DNA from: an uncultured bacterium
GTDB taxonomy: Bacteria; Patescibacteriota; JABMPQ01; CAVVCK01
Assembly: GCA_963746775.1 (NCBI GenBank)
Contig: CAVVCK010000002.1
Coordinates: 232,978 to 296,977, forward strand
DNA length: 64,000 bases
Direction of reading: 5' to 3'
This document shows, piece after piece, positions 20,133 to 30,581 of the stretch. Numbering within the stretch: position 1 is the first letter of the stretch; each line of letters starts with the position of its first letter. The position numbers were made by a program, and so were the translations under genes. Under the pieces are notes generated by a model. That model made no database searches, was not told where the DNA came from, and saw only the letters and a program-made list of their open reading frames with translations.

Positions 20133-20204
20133 TACCCTCAAGGGGAATCGAACCCCTGTTACCAGGATGAGAACCTGGCGTCCTAGCCGCTAGACGATGA
20201 GGGC
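20133..20204 (-). tRNA. tRNA-Glu(CTC)
   Basis: GCCCTCA...CCAGGTTCTCATCCTGG (anticodon CUC)...GGGGTTCGATTCCCC...TGAGGGTA; 72 nt. Confidence 0.75.
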
Positions 20205-20280
20205 ATAAGAAAAAAGACTACCTACCAAACAAGACCTTGATATATAAAAGTATATAATTTCTTTAATTTATGTCAAAAAT

Positions 20281-20312
20281 AAAATACTCCGCCAGATGCG
20301 AAGTATTTCAGA
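20281..20312. terminator. Terminator-like hairpin downstream of giant minus-strand gene
   Basis: aaaATACTCCGCcagaTGCGAAGTATtt; T-run on minus-strand reading. Confidence 0.4.
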
Positions 20313-20326
20313 TTTTAAAAAATAAC

Positions 20327-23300
20327 TTATTGTTCTTCTTTCATTCCTAAATTTTTCTTTATAATTCCCTGTTTCTCTCCCATTATTTCAATTTTTCCTT
20401 CAGGAAATACGAATCCTTCCTTAGTTGAATTTAACAAATATTTATTATCTCCTGCCAAGAAACCATAACGCCCGTCACTTTTAGAGACCGTCGTTGATAA
20501 AAGCCTGCCATATTTTGAATCAAATAATCTTACCACTGACTTAGATAATGAATTATTGTTATCCTTGTTATAAACTCGACCAAAAGGCTTTTCATCTTTT
20601 TTTCTGGCTAATACTATAAAGAAAAATAACATTGCCAAGTGTAATAAAAATAAAACAGATGTAATCCAAGAAGGAGCAAATATAAAACTTATTAACCCCA
20701 GCAACGGGCCAATGCATGCTAACACTATATGAATCTTAAAATTTCTAATAGCACCAAATATATTTTTATTATCTTTTAGCAACCTTGCATCAGATGCTCC
20801 GTCTAATTCTTTTATATTCCTAATACTAGTCTTGATCGGCTTATGCGGCACTTCGTTGCTATATACTACACCTTCTTTAATATCTAAGGGAACATTATAA
20901 GCAATATATCCTTGCTCCTTTTTCTTTGCATCAATACTATGATCTATTGATATTATTTCTCCGTGATATATATGGTCATAATTTTTATCAGATTGTATTG
21001 AAGCTAATATTCTCGAAGGAAAAGTGTATCCGGGCTTTAGAACTTCCAAATAATATTCTGCTCCACCTTCAATAATAAATATGTACCTGCCTTCAAAATC
21101 AGTTACTTTTGTTTCAATTAATTTCTTAGTTTTCTTGTTATAAAGCCGAACTAATGCCAAATCAATCGGCTTTTTAGTTTGAGAGTCATATACAACACCC
21201 CATCCTTTTCTTTTATCCTCGCCAAAATATAATAATGGTTCTGTAAATACCTGCCAGATATATCTTAAAAATGGAATAATATTCCCCAGTGAAAAAGTGC
21301 TAAATAAGTTTAACAAAGCTAATAAAACTAAGATAGGAGCTAGAGCAAATTTATTAATATTTACTAAATTATCCCATAGAGATGGTTTTGAAACTTCCTC
21401 GATAATACGCTCTGCTGATTGAACATCATTATCTACCTTATTTCCATTTCTATTTGTAAACGAATCGTTATCCGATGTCTCAGCAGTTAAATCATTGTCG
21501 CCATCATCTTCACCTGTACCTTCAGCTATTTCATCAGATGAACCTCCTCTGCTGCCTGAAGTAGTACCACCTTCGTCAATAGTCTCTACCTTTACACTAT
21601 TTGAAACAGTATTACTTTCAACTCTTATCGCTCCCGGATTATATCCGCCAACGGCTCTATTGGAAACTATGGCACCATCACTAGCAATATCAGATACTTT
21701 AACTTTAAAAGTTATGCTACCAGTAGCACCAACGGACAAGTTACCAATTCTATAATAGGTATGTCCCGGCCAAGTAATATTATAATCTGCTTGATCAATA
21801 TCAGCCGCATCAGTTACCACCACATCATTCATTTCCATAGACTCGCTAATATATTCTGTAAATAAAGGAATTGAATCTACAAAATAAAAATCTCTAACAT
21901 CATCACCACTTATATTTTGATAATTAATCTGATAAATTAAAACATCACCTCTCTCAACTTCCGCATCAGCAGCCGATAACATGTGTATGGCAATTATTGA
22001 TTCTGATATAGCAAATATTGATACAAAAATTACAAGACTAAAAAATAATTTTTTATTAAAAACAAAAGCAAGCTTAAAAATTTTTAAATAATTATTATTA
22101 AGGTTTTTATTTTTTATTTTCCTTAATGAAACCACAAATATGACAATACAAGTAGATACACATAGTAATATTAATATAATCTGAGCAATTTTATGATATG
22201 AATTAAAGTCTGGATATTTTATAAAATTAGCTGCCCTATAAATTACAGATTTTAAATTATTAAGCCCACTGCCGATAGTTGGCCTTATTAACCCGGAATA
22301 TTTAAACTCAAAAGGATAGGCAGCAGCTTCAGCACTCTCTATAGACACAGACTTAGTCAGTCTCACCGAAGCATCAATAAAAACATAAACTTCTTCATTT
22401 ATTGCTTCTTGATTACCAAGGCTATCTACTCCAAAAAATTTTAAAGTAGTGTTATTAGAAATTTCTAATGGATCAGAATAAATGTCTGAATCCAAATTAG
22501 GATCAGTACCATCATTTGTATAATAAATCGTTGTCCCCGCTTCGTCAGAACTAAGAGTAACTTCATCTAAAATACCAATATATGTCCCCCCAGGAGGATC
22601 TGCTTCGGTATTTGGTGCGGTTGTATCTAAGGTAATACTGCCTGTAGTTGCTGTACTTTCATTACCCTTATCATCTTTAGAAGTTAAACTAATGCTGTTT
22701 ACACCTTCTAATAAATCCATATCATAAGACCAAGCGGCAGAGGCATTTAGAGAAACTATTTCCGTATCACTTAATAAAACTGAAGTATTTGCATCTTTTC
22801 CGCCAGCAATTGTTTGAGTATCAATATTTGTTGGAGAAGTTACCGGATTTAAAGTCGGAGGATTAGGTGGTACATTATCTAAATCTAAAGTTGTTTCAAT
22901 CCAATCACTAGTTGAAATTCCATCGTTAAATCTTATTCTAATTTGAGCAGTAGCTACATCTGTGCTACTTTCATCTGTCTGTGAATTCCAGACAGTTGTC
23001 ACTGTGTTACTTGCTGCCGGAGTAGTAATATTTCTTATTTGATAGCTAGCACTATTATCGACGCTAGGATCTCCAAAAGTAGCAGTTGTTTCACTATCAT
23101 TTGTAGATATAGTTGGATCTTGCCAACCACTACCGACATTATATTGAATTTGAGCGTAAGTATTATCATTTTCTTCATCACTAATAGCAAAAGATATAGT
23201 TACTTTTCCATCTCCATCATCACTTTGTGCAGCAGTCAAGGCTGATCCTTCTGGAATATAGTTTAATTGCCATAATTCTCCACCATCTGTTGTATTATAA

Positions 23301-24433
23301 GTACCAGCATATAGATGACTATTAAATTCATTTAAAATTTGTATTCTATCATTATTTGCATCACTAAAACCATCAGTATTAGATTGAGTCCAGCTGGTAC
23401 CATTCCCACTTGACCATATCTCTGCTCCATTTAAATTAGTTGTTCCAAAATACAATTGATTATTAAAAGATGCAGCTGCATTCATATTACTATTATTAAC
23501 ATCTCCAAAACCTTTGCCTATAGTTGCTCCTGAACCAACTGCTACTTCCCAGGAACTTCCATCTAAACTACGGCGTATTTCACCACCACTTATTGAATTT
23601 TGAGTACCTGTATATAAATAACTGCCAAAATTTACTAATTTAGTTAAATTTTTAATAAGAGCACTACCAAAACTTGCTCCACCTCCCCTGGCTGGTGGAC
23701 CATCTCCAACCACATAATCCCAATCTCCACCATCGCATGTAGTACAATTCCAAATTTCAGCCCTAGGATCACCAGTAGCAGCATATAATTTTCCATCAAA
23801 ACTTTTTAGAGAATGTGCATATCCAGTAAACACCCCAAAACCATCCGCATTTATTTGCGACCAAACTGTTCCATTGCTTGTCCGCCAAACTTCTCCTCCA
23901 GTTTTAACATTCTGTATACCTATATATAAGTAACTATTATAAACTTCCATAGATAACACATCTTCATTAAAGTTATCTCCAAAACCATTAGTATAAAAGG
24001 CGCCTACCTCTCCAGTAGCTGCGATAGGACTCCAGTCAATTCCATTAACTGATCGCCATATTTCTATTCCCCCACCATGTTTTGTACCTGCATATAAGTA
24101 ACTTCCAAAAACAGAAAGGCTGGTTATCTTGCTATTTATAGCATCTCCAAAGCCATCACCAATTACCTCGCTCCAAGTACTTCCATCACTGCTTCTCCAT
24201 ATTTGTCCACCCGTTACTGTATTCTGTGTCCCAGCATATAAATATCCATTGAAGGTAACCAAACCATTAAGGTCTTCATTATTAATATCATTATCAAAAC
24301 CATTTGTATTAGCTTGATTCCATTCATAATCTTGCGCCTTTATATTATTTAATCCAAAAATAAATAATCCACAGATTATTATGGTAATAAATATTGCTAT
24401 ACTTTTAATTTTATTTTTTATTTTTATATCCAT
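20327..24433 (-). CDS. Giant (1368 aa) multidomain membrane-anchored surface protein: beta-propeller (Asp-box-like SxDGxTW) repeats, Ig-like/DUF11-like modules, multiple TM helices, two CarboxypepD_reg-like beta-sandwich domains
   Basis: Signal peptide; repeats LYAGT...GG(E/Q)IWRS.DGSTWS; internal TM segments; GDVLIYQINYQN...YFVDSIPLFTEY DUF11-like; C-terminal VVYDSQTKKPIDLALVRLY... and VVRLFDSKYGRLLSTTVSKSDGRY carboxypeptidase-regulatory-like. Confidence 0.6.
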   Translation of the reverse strand: MDIKIKNKIKSIAIFITIIICGLFIFGLNNIKAQDYEWNQANTNGFDNDINNEDLNGLVTFNGYLYAGTQNTVTGGQIWRSSDGSTWSEVIGDGFGDAINSKITSLSVFGSYLYAGTKHGGGIEIWRSVNGIDWSPIAATGEVGAFYTNGFGDNFNEDVLSMEVYNSYLYIGIQNVKTGGEVWRTSNGTVWSQINADGFGVFTGYAHSLKSFDGKLYAATGDPRAEIWNCTTCDGGDWDYVVGDGPPARGGGASFGSALIKNLTKLVNFGSYLYTGTQNSISGGEIRRSLDGSSWEVAVGSGATIGKGFGDVNNSNMNAAASFNNQLYFGTTNLNGAEIWSSGNGTSWTQSNTDGFSDANNDRIQILNEFNSHLYAGTYNTTDGGELWQLNYIPEGSALTAAQSDDGDGKVTISFAISDEENDNTYAQIQYNVGSGWQDPTISTNDSETTATFGDPSVDNSASYQIRNITTPAASNTVTTVWNSQTDESSTDVATAQIRIRFNDGISTSDWIETTLDLDNVPPNPPTLNPVTSPTNIDTQTIAGGKDANTSVLLSDTEIVSLNASAAWSYDMDLLEGVNSISLTSKDDKGNESTATTGSITLDTTAPNTEADPPGGTYIGILDEVTLSSDEAGTTIYYTNDGTDPNLDSDIYSDPLEISNNTTLKFFGVDSLGNQEAINEEVYVFIDASVRLTKSVSIESAEAAAYPFEFKYSGLIRPTIGSGLNNLKSVIYRAANFIKYPDFNSYHKIAQIILILLCVSTCIVIFVVSLRKIKNKNLNNNYLKIFKLAFVFNKKLFFSLVIFVSIFAISESIIAIHMLSAADAEVERGDVLIYQINYQNISGDDVRDFYFVDSIPLFTEYISESMEMNDVVVTDAADIDQADYNITWPGHTYYRIGNLSVGATGSITFKVKVSDIASDGAIVSNRAVGGYNPGAIRVESNTVSNSVKVETIDEGGTTSGSRGGSSDEIAEGTGEDDGDNDLTAETSDNDSFTNRNGNKVDNDVQSAERIIEEVSKPSLWDNLVNINKFALAPILVLLALLNLFSTFSLGNIIPFLRYIWQVFTEPLLYFGEDKRKGWGVVYDSQTKKPIDLALVRLYNKKTKKLIETKVTDFEGRYIFIIEGGAEYYLEVLKPGYTFPSRILASIQSDKNYDHIYHGEIISIDHSIDAKKKEQGYIAYNVPLDIKEGVVYSNEVPHKPIKTSIRNIKELDGASDARLLKDNKNIFGAIRNFKIHIVLACIGPLLGLISFIFAPSWITSVLFLLHLAMLFFFIVLARKKDEKPFGRVYNKDNNNSLSKSVVRLFDSKYGRLLSTTVSKSDGRYGFLAGDNKYLLNSTKEGFVFPEGKIEIMGEKQGIIKKNLGMKEEQ

Positions 24434-24451
24434 AATCTTGGATATTTTAAA

Positions 24452-25756
24452 CTAATTATTTCCCCACTCTGTCCCTTGTCTTACTAATAAATTAGGAGCT
24501 TTCATTGGTTCAGCCATTAATTCTTTGACAGCTTTCTCCATTCGCATCGCTTGTGAACCTTTGATTAAAACTAGATCTCCTTCTCTCAATATTTTATTTT
24601 GTACAAATTTTGCTGCTTTTATTGTTTCATTACTATTGTATTGATAGATCATATTTTCTGGCAAACCATTCTTTTTCGCTTCATCTGCTATATACTTTGA
24701 CGATTCACCAACTAAGACTAAGATATCACAAATTTTAGCCGCTTTTTCTCCTACCTTTCTATGTCCTTCCTCATTTTTTTGTCCTAATTCAAGCATATCT
24801 CCTAAAATAGCAATTTTCTTACCCTGAGGTTTTAATTCTGATAAAGTTTCCAGAACTGCAATTGTGGAATCTGGAGAAGCATTATAACTATCATCAATAA
24901 TGTGTGTATATTTAATACCTCTTAAAAGATTCATTCGTCCCTTTGGTGATTTTAAATTATAGATACTTTGTGATATCTCAACTAAATTCATTCCTAGAGC
25001 AATTCCACAAGAAGCTGCTGCTAATGATGCATATATTTGATGTTTACCTAATAAATAAGGCATTCGCACTGGTACGACATTTTGACGCCAACTAAGTTTG
25101 TAATTTAGATTTAGAAGTTTTTCTTGACCATAATTTAAATTATCTTGCGAACGTATAATATTTAAGGCTCTGACTTCTGCTATTTTACCCTGGCCATAAG
25201 TAATCACTTCAGCTTTAGTATTATCCCTGCCTAACCTTGCCAGACGATTGTCATAATTTAGGATTACTTTCTTGTCTTTAGATAAATATTTTACAAGTTT
25301 TAGCTTTTCAGAAACAAGCTCTTCAATACTCTTAAAATTTTTAAGATGAACGGGTATTTCAGAAATAGCTGTAATACAAGCTATATCTGGCTTAATAAAA
25401 CTCAGTAAATAATCCATATCCCCCGGTTTGTCTACCCCTAATTCCAAAACTAATATTTGAGGATATTCCTTATTTTTAAATAAAGCTAAATTTATTCCTT
25501 TTAATAATATTTTACACCATTTTAATATGTTTCTTCCCCCACTATCTTGCCCTAATATTGTTAATGGAACTCCTAATTCATTATTATAGCTCCCCTTACT
25601 AGCTCTCACCCTAAATTTACTTTCTAAAACACAATAAATAGCATCTTTGGTACTGGTTTTACCCATACTACCAGTTACGGTAATTATTTTAGATTTCTGT
25701 TTTTCTAAAATAGCTTTAGAAATAATTTTTAAACACTTTTTTATTATATTTTTCAT
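24452..25756 (-). CDS. murF: UDP-N-acetylmuramoyl-tripeptide--D-alanyl-D-alanine ligase (short N-domain)
   Basis: TVTGSMGKTSTKD P-loop, GSYNNELGVPLTILG, C-terminal KGSQAMRMEK typical of MurF; position after ftsI in dcw cluster. Confidence 0.75.
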   Translation of the reverse strand: MKNIIKKCLKIISKAILEKQKSKIITVTGSMGKTSTKDAIYCVLESKFRVRASKGSYNNELGVPLTILGQDSGGRNILKWCKILLKGINLALFKNKEYPQILVLELGVDKPGDMDYLLSFIKPDIACITAISEIPVHLKNFKSIEELVSEKLKLVKYLSKDKKVILNYDNRLARLGRDNTKAEVITYGQGKIAEVRALNIIRSQDNLNYGQEKLLNLNYKLSWRQNVVPVRMPYLLGKHQIYASLAAASCGIALGMNLVEISQSIYNLKSPKGRMNLLRGIKYTHIIDDSYNASPDSTIAVLETLSELKPQGKKIAILGDMLELGQKNEEGHRKVGEKAAKICDILVLVGESSKYIADEAKKNGLPENMIYQYNSNETIKAAKFVQNKILREGDLVLIKGSQAMRMEKAVKELMAEPMKAPNLLVRQGTEWGNN

Positions 25757-25764
25757 TTGTTGTT

Positions 25765-27522
25765 TTAATCTATTATTTCTGTAGGCGGAATTTGATAATA
25801 TTGAAATAATTCGCGAGCTATGCGTCCAAACATCACCCCAGCTGTACTTGCACCCCAGGCATCTCCACCAGGATTATCCAACTTAACTAACATTAAAAAT
25901 TTGGGATCATCTATAGGACCAAACCCAATAAATGATGTGATCCTTTTATTAGGATCATAACCAACCTTATCTTTACTTGGCACTTGGGCAGTTCCGGATT
26001 TACCAGCAATTTTATAACCAGGAACTCTAGCAGCACCTGCTTGTCCATTTTCTATTACACTTGTCAGCATGGCTGATAAAGTTCCAGCTACACCAGGAGA
26101 CAATACTTCCTTTACCTCTTTGGGTCCTATAATTTCTTCCGTCCCATCTGCCTTAATTATTTTTTTAACAATGTGTGGCTGCATCAATTTTCCATCATTA
26201 GCTATCGCAGTATAGGCTGTCACCAATCTTAGGGGTGTAATAGAAAATCCCTGTCCGAAGGAAGCTGTAGCTAAATCTGCGTTAGTCCATTTATTTGGTG
26301 ATTTAATAGAAGTAGATGCTTCTACATCCAAATCTACTCCAGTCATATCTGTAAAACCAAATTGATTCATATACGAAAATGTTCTATCATCACCTAAAAG
26401 TTGTGCTATTTGTACCATACCTACATTAATAGATTTTTCTAAAATATTGGTAACTGTAACATTGCCATTGGCCCGACTATCAGAATTTTTGATAGTAAAC
26501 TCATCAACCTTAATAGCACCATTATCTTGGAAAATAGTACCTGGGCTTATTAATCCAAGATTCATAGCAGCTGCTACCACAATAGGTTTAAACACTGATC
26601 CAGGTTCATATAAATCATAGATTACTGAATTTTTGAAATAATCAACATTTTCAACCTCTGAATAATTATTAGGATCAAAATCTGGATATGAAGCCATGGC
26701 AATAATTTCACCAGTTTTTGGATCAACAATAGTAATACTTCCGCTCTCTGCTCCAAATTCGGCTACTCCTTCTTCTAAATATTTTTCTATCTTAAATTGG
26801 ATAAGCCGATCAATAGTTAAAACTAAATCCGAACCATCTTCAGCTTCTTCTAAGAATTTATTACCTACAGATACCAAGCGACCCAAGGCATCTTTTTCTG
26901 TCTCTAAATAACCTTCCTTGCCAGCTAATTGTTCATCATAATATCCTTCTACTCCATATAACCCTCTTTTATCATTACCTACAAAACCTACAAAACCAAG
27001 TAGTTGTGAAGCCAGTGAATGATCGGGATAATATCTCAGACTCTCGGGTTGAAAATAAATACCTTTTAACTCCATATTTTCTATTTCCTCAACTTGTTCA
27101 TCTTCTAATTTATGTTTTAGAGGTTCATACAAATCTTCTTTTTTTGACAATTTTGTTACTAAATCTTCTTTCTCTATGTCTAATATCGGAGCCAACTTTT
27201 CAGCAACATTTTCAGGATCTTCTATTTTTTTAGGTACCGCATAAATTAAATTCATTTTCTTATTAATCGCCAAGGGATATAAATCTTTAGAAAATTTATC
27301 CTCAACATATATTTGTCCTCTCTCAGGTACTAAATTCTCAAAAATATTATGTTGACCTGACGCTAAGGCTGTATAATATCCATTTTTTAAAATCTGTAAA
27401 TCAAAAAGTCTGACAATTGTAGCCACAGTAATAAATACAATAATTACTAATAAAGTATTTATTCTAAAATTATTATTTTCTGAATTTTCTTTCTTTCCTC
27501 TATTTTTTTTAATAGCTATCAT
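25765..27522 (-). CDS. ftsI: Penicillin-binding protein 2/FtsI-type transpeptidase
   Basis: N-terminal TM, dimerisation domain, transpeptidase motifs SVFK...SxN...KSGT. Confidence 0.85.
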   Translation of the reverse strand: MIAIKKNRGKKENSENNNFRINTLLVIIVFITVATIVRLFDLQILKNGYYTALASGQHNIFENLVPERGQIYVEDKFSKDLYPLAINKKMNLIYAVPKKIEDPENVAEKLAPILDIEKEDLVTKLSKKEDLYEPLKHKLEDEQVEEIENMELKGIYFQPESLRYYPDHSLASQLLGFVGFVGNDKRGLYGVEGYYDEQLAGKEGYLETEKDALGRLVSVGNKFLEEAEDGSDLVLTIDRLIQFKIEKYLEEGVAEFGAESGSITIVDPKTGEIIAMASYPDFDPNNYSEVENVDYFKNSVIYDLYEPGSVFKPIVVAAAMNLGLISPGTIFQDNGAIKVDEFTIKNSDSRANGNVTVTNILEKSINVGMVQIAQLLGDDRTFSYMNQFGFTDMTGVDLDVEASTSIKSPNKWTNADLATASFGQGFSITPLRLVTAYTAIANDGKLMQPHIVKKIIKADGTEEIIGPKEVKEVLSPGVAGTLSAMLTSVIENGQAGAARVPGYKIAGKSGTAQVPSKDKVGYDPNKRITSFIGFGPIDDPKFLMLVKLDNPGGDAWGASTAGVMFGRIARELFQYYQIPPTEIID

Positions 27523-27612
27523 AATAATAAATGGCTAGATTGTTAAAATGGCTAAATTGTTATTTATTCAACCATTTGACAATATAGCCATTTAGTAATT
27601 AATTCTCTTTTG

Positions 27613-27975
27613 TTATTTAGCTACAGCCACTGATGTCCCGCTTTTTTTGAGATATACAATTTTCTCAGTAGGAACCATATTTAGTGTAGTCGCTTCGTCT
27701 CGTAGATTTTCAAACGATTTCAATTCGGCTGCTTTGATTTCCAATGATTTATTTTGTTCTTTTAATTCTTTAACCTGACTTTGTAAATCGGTTATTTCAT
27801 ATCCCTTAGTAGAAGATTGAAAAACTTGTGCTAAGAAGAAAAGACTTAAAACACAAATTAAAAAGATGACTACCATAACCATTGTTACTGGTCCAGACTT
27901 GAGACGACTAGAAAATCCTTGTCTTCTTTTACCAAAAGATATGTTTCTTGACTTAGTCATTGTTAAACTTCCCAT
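27613..27975 (-). CDS. ftsL: Cell-division protein FtsL/septum-formation-initiator-like
   Basis: 120 aa, single TM followed by coiled coil; located between rsmH and ftsI. Confidence 0.5.
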   Translation of the reverse strand: MGSLTMTKSRNISFGKRRQGFSSRLKSGPVTMVMVVIFLICVLSLFFLAQVFQSSTKGYEITDLQSQVKELKEQNKSLEIKAAELKSFENLRDEATTLNMVPTEKIVYLKKSGTSVAVAK

Positions 27976-27986
27976 TTTTTTTATTT

Positions 27987-28934
27987 TTATATTTTTTCCA
28001 TCACCCTCATTTTAGCGCTCCTACTTCTTACATTTATCTTTATTTCTTCCATTTGAGGCGTAATTGGCTTTTTATTTATTAATTTAATTTTAGCTTGATG
28101 ATTACATCGGCAAACTGGTATTTCATCGGGACAAATACAACCCTTTGCTTCATTTCTGAAAATATTTTTTACAATTCTATCCTCCAGGGAATGATAAGAA
28201 ATACATATTATTCTACCCCCTGAATCTATAGCCTTAATAGCTCCTAATAACCCTTTTTCTATCCCTTTTAATTCATCGTTCGTTTCAATTCTTATTGCTT
28301 GAAATACTTTTGATAAAATTGATTCTTTTTTATAATTTAGGGGTATTGTTTTTAAAACTAATCTTTTTAAATCTCCGGCTGTTTTAATTTCTTCTATTTT
28401 TCTTGTTTCTACTATCCCTTCGGCTAATCTTCTAGCTTGAAAATTATTTAACTCTCCGTATTTTTTAAATATATCTATTAATTCATCTTTTTTCGAAAAA
28501 TTTATTATATTGTAGGTTGATTTGCCTGTTGCTTTTTCTCCAAAGCTCATGTCAAGTTTGCCTCCCTTTTGATATGAAAATCCCCTCTCTTCATCTTCTA
28601 ATTGAAATGAAGAAATACCAAAATCAAATAAAATTCCCTTAACCAAACTAAAATTTCTTTCTTTTATTATTTGCTCTATATTAGAATAATTATCTTCTAC
28701 AAATTCACATCTTTCCCCATACTTTGCTAAATCTTTTTTGCTTTGTTCTAAAGCTTTCTTGTCTAAATCAATAGCTAATAATTTTCCCAAAGGACTTGTT
28801 CTTTTTAAAATTTCTCTAGAATGCCCAGAAAAACCTATTGTGCAATCTATAAAATTTTGATTTTTGCTAGGATTAAAATATTCTATTACTTCATTTAAAA
28901 GGACTGGCACATGAAAAACTTTTTTATTATCCAT
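27987..28934 (-). CDS. rsmH: 16S rRNA (cytosine1402-N4)-methyltransferase RsmH (MraW)
   Basis: HVPVLLNEV...DCTIGFSGHS...GILFDFGISS motifs. Confidence 0.9.
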   Translation of the reverse strand: MDNKKVFHVPVLLNEVIEYFNPSKNQNFIDCTIGFSGHSREILKRTSPLGKLLAIDLDKKALEQSKKDLAKYGERCEFVEDNYSNIEQIIKERNFSLVKGILFDFGISSFQLEDEERGFSYQKGGKLDMSFGEKATGKSTYNIINFSKKDELIDIFKKYGELNNFQARRLAEGIVETRKIEEIKTAGDLKRLVLKTIPLNYKKESILSKVFQAIRIETNDELKGIEKGLLGAIKAIDSGGRIICISYHSLEDRIVKNIFRNEAKGCICPDEIPVCRCNHQAKIKLINKKPITPQMEEIKINVRSRSAKMRVMEKI

Positions 28935-28935
28935 T

Positions 28936-29367
28936 TTATACTCCTATCTCACCTAAGGCTTCGGCAATCTCATTACTAGATTTTTCAGTTCCTTCTTTAT
29001 ACTTATTCCATTTATCAACATCCCAAATTTCTAAACGATTAAATAATCCAGCAATTACTGTCTTTTTGTTCAATAAAGCATATTTCCTTAAATAATCAGG
29101 AACTACTACTCTGCCTTGTTTATCTAGTGATACATCCCAAGCACCAGCCAACATTAACCTGGTAAAAGCTCTATTATTAGCCTGACTAATTGATAATTGA
29201 CTTAATTTTGTAGCTAGTTTCTTCCATTCAGATTTAGGATATAAAAAAAGACAACTGTCTAATCCTCTAGTTATTACTACACCTTCTTTTAATTCTCGGC
29301 GAAACTTAGAAGGAATCGACAATCTTCCTTTACTATCTACTGTATGATTGTATTCTCCGATAAACAT
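28936..29367 (-). CDS. mraZ: Transcriptional regulator MraZ
   Basis: Duplicated SpoVT/AbrB-like halves, MFIGEYNHTVDSKGRLSIPSKFR. Confidence 0.85.
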   Translation of the reverse strand: MFIGEYNHTVDSKGRLSIPSKFRRELKEGVVITRGLDSCLFLYPKSEWKKLATKLSQLSISQANNRAFTRLMLAGAWDVSLDKQGRVVVPDYLRKYALLNKKTVIAGLFNRLEIWDVDKWNKYKEGTEKSSNEIAEALGEIGV

Positions 29368-29385
29368 TGTCTTTGTTCTTAATAT

Positions 29386-29440
29386 TTACCACTTTCCCCC
29401 ACTTTTTTCCATCTATTACCATTGTACTCCACTTTTATAT
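29386..29440. promoter_or_regulatory. Candidate MraZ operator: three GTGG(N) direct repeats upstream of mraZ
   Basis: Minus-strand AAGTGGAG ... AAGTGGGGG-AAGTGGTAA (plus-strand CCAC boxes at ~29389, 29399, 29430); 10-bp spacing of two boxes as in known MraZ sites. Confidence 0.35.
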
Positions 29441-29537
29441 CACGGTCAAGAAAAAATAAGGAACAAAAAAACTATGCCAAACAGCACAGTTTAATTTATT
29501 TTAAGCCTAATTACTAAATATTGATTATAATCTATTG

Positions 29538-30122
29538 TTAGTTATCAACAGAAGCAACTTTATTTATTTTATTTATTAAAATTAAATGCTCATTATCTAA
29601 TATTGATTTTAAGAAACCGTCCCCTAAGTCTTTTCTGTAATCAAATTCTTTTTTGCTCATTATAGTATAATCTATTTCTTTACCTTTTTCTTTCTCTAGC
29701 TTTTTTAAAAAATATGCTAATTTTGTCCTATCCACTTCACCAACTAATAATAAATCAACTCTACTAGAAGAATTTGTGAAAAAACCTGACAAACAAGCAA
29801 ACTTTAAATCACCTATATTTTCTATCCCATCTGTTAATTTCTTTCCAGGAGCACTTGAGATCTTAACAATTAAACTTTTTAATTCATCAAAAGCTAGAAA
29901 TTTTTTATTGACTGAATAATATTTTTTTCTATCTTTTTCTTCACTAACTAACAAACCTATACCTTCTAAATTAGATAACTCTCTTCTGACTGAATTAATA
30001 CGCTCATCTAACTTTCTAGTTAATTCTCTTACAAAAAACTCCTTGTTTGAATTTTGTAAAAACAAGGTTAACATTTTTGTTCGTGTTTTCGAACTTAACA
30101 TACTCTCAAGTGCATTCTTCAT
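29538..30122 (-). CDS. Winged-HTH domain fused to minimal nucleotidyltransferase (MNT)-like domain
   Basis: N-terminal MarR/ArsR-like wHTH (FVRELTRKLDERINSVRRELSNLEGIGLL); C-terminal GFFTNSSSRVDLLLVG NTase-like motif. Confidence 0.45.
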   Translation of the reverse strand: MKNALESMLSSKTRTKMLTLFLQNSNKEFFVRELTRKLDERINSVRRELSNLEGIGLLVSEEKDRKKYYSVNKKFLAFDELKSLIVKISSAPGKKLTDGIENIGDLKFACLSGFFTNSSSRVDLLLVGEVDRTKLAYFLKKLEKEKGKEIDYTIMSKKEFDYRKDLGDGFLKSILDNEHLILINKINKVASVDN

Positions 30123-30180
30123 TTTGGCTTTATATAAGTTAATAGTAAGCTTTTTTGGTTCTATTGCTAAATTAATAACA

Positions 30181-30212
30181 TTATCACAATTATAAATTTA
30201 TATTTGTGATAA
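30181..30212. promoter_or_regulatory. Operator-like palindrome TTATCACAA-N14-TTGTGATAA in 460-bp AT-rich divergent region
   Basis: Perfect 9-bp inverted arms; third TTATCACAG copy ~45 bp downstream; lies between the wHTH-NTase gene and the 723-aa ORF. Confidence 0.35.
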
Positions 30213-30581
30213 TGCTATGACATAATTATTTATTCAAGATAAATTATTTTATCACAGTATTAAAAAAGATCAACTGATAATTATTATTTTACTAAAAAAC
30301 AGAGTATTTTTTTTATTCATTTAAATTATAAAATATAGTGAAATATTTTTAAGTTTAATAATCTAATTATTTTAATATTAGAAAACAAAAGATGTTATTT
30401 CCAAAATATAAATTAGAATCATAAAGACAAAATTATATAAATATATAATATAAGAATTATTTTTAATTATAATAAAAACCTTGATAATTATTACTCTTCA
30501 ACTCAAAATTATATATAATAAAATTTGGCTTTATTAAAAAAATAAAATACTATATAATGTTGAGGAACCATAAAATAACTT

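Noticed and set aside
30123-30581. 460-bp AT-rich spacer with TTATCACA boxes as the chromosomal origin (oriC)
   Set aside because: The boxes are one base shorter than the DnaA consensus TTATCCACA and there are only three of them. dnaA/dnaN/gyrB are not nearby and the palindromic arrangement looks more like a repressor operator. GC-skew analysis of the whole genome would settle it.
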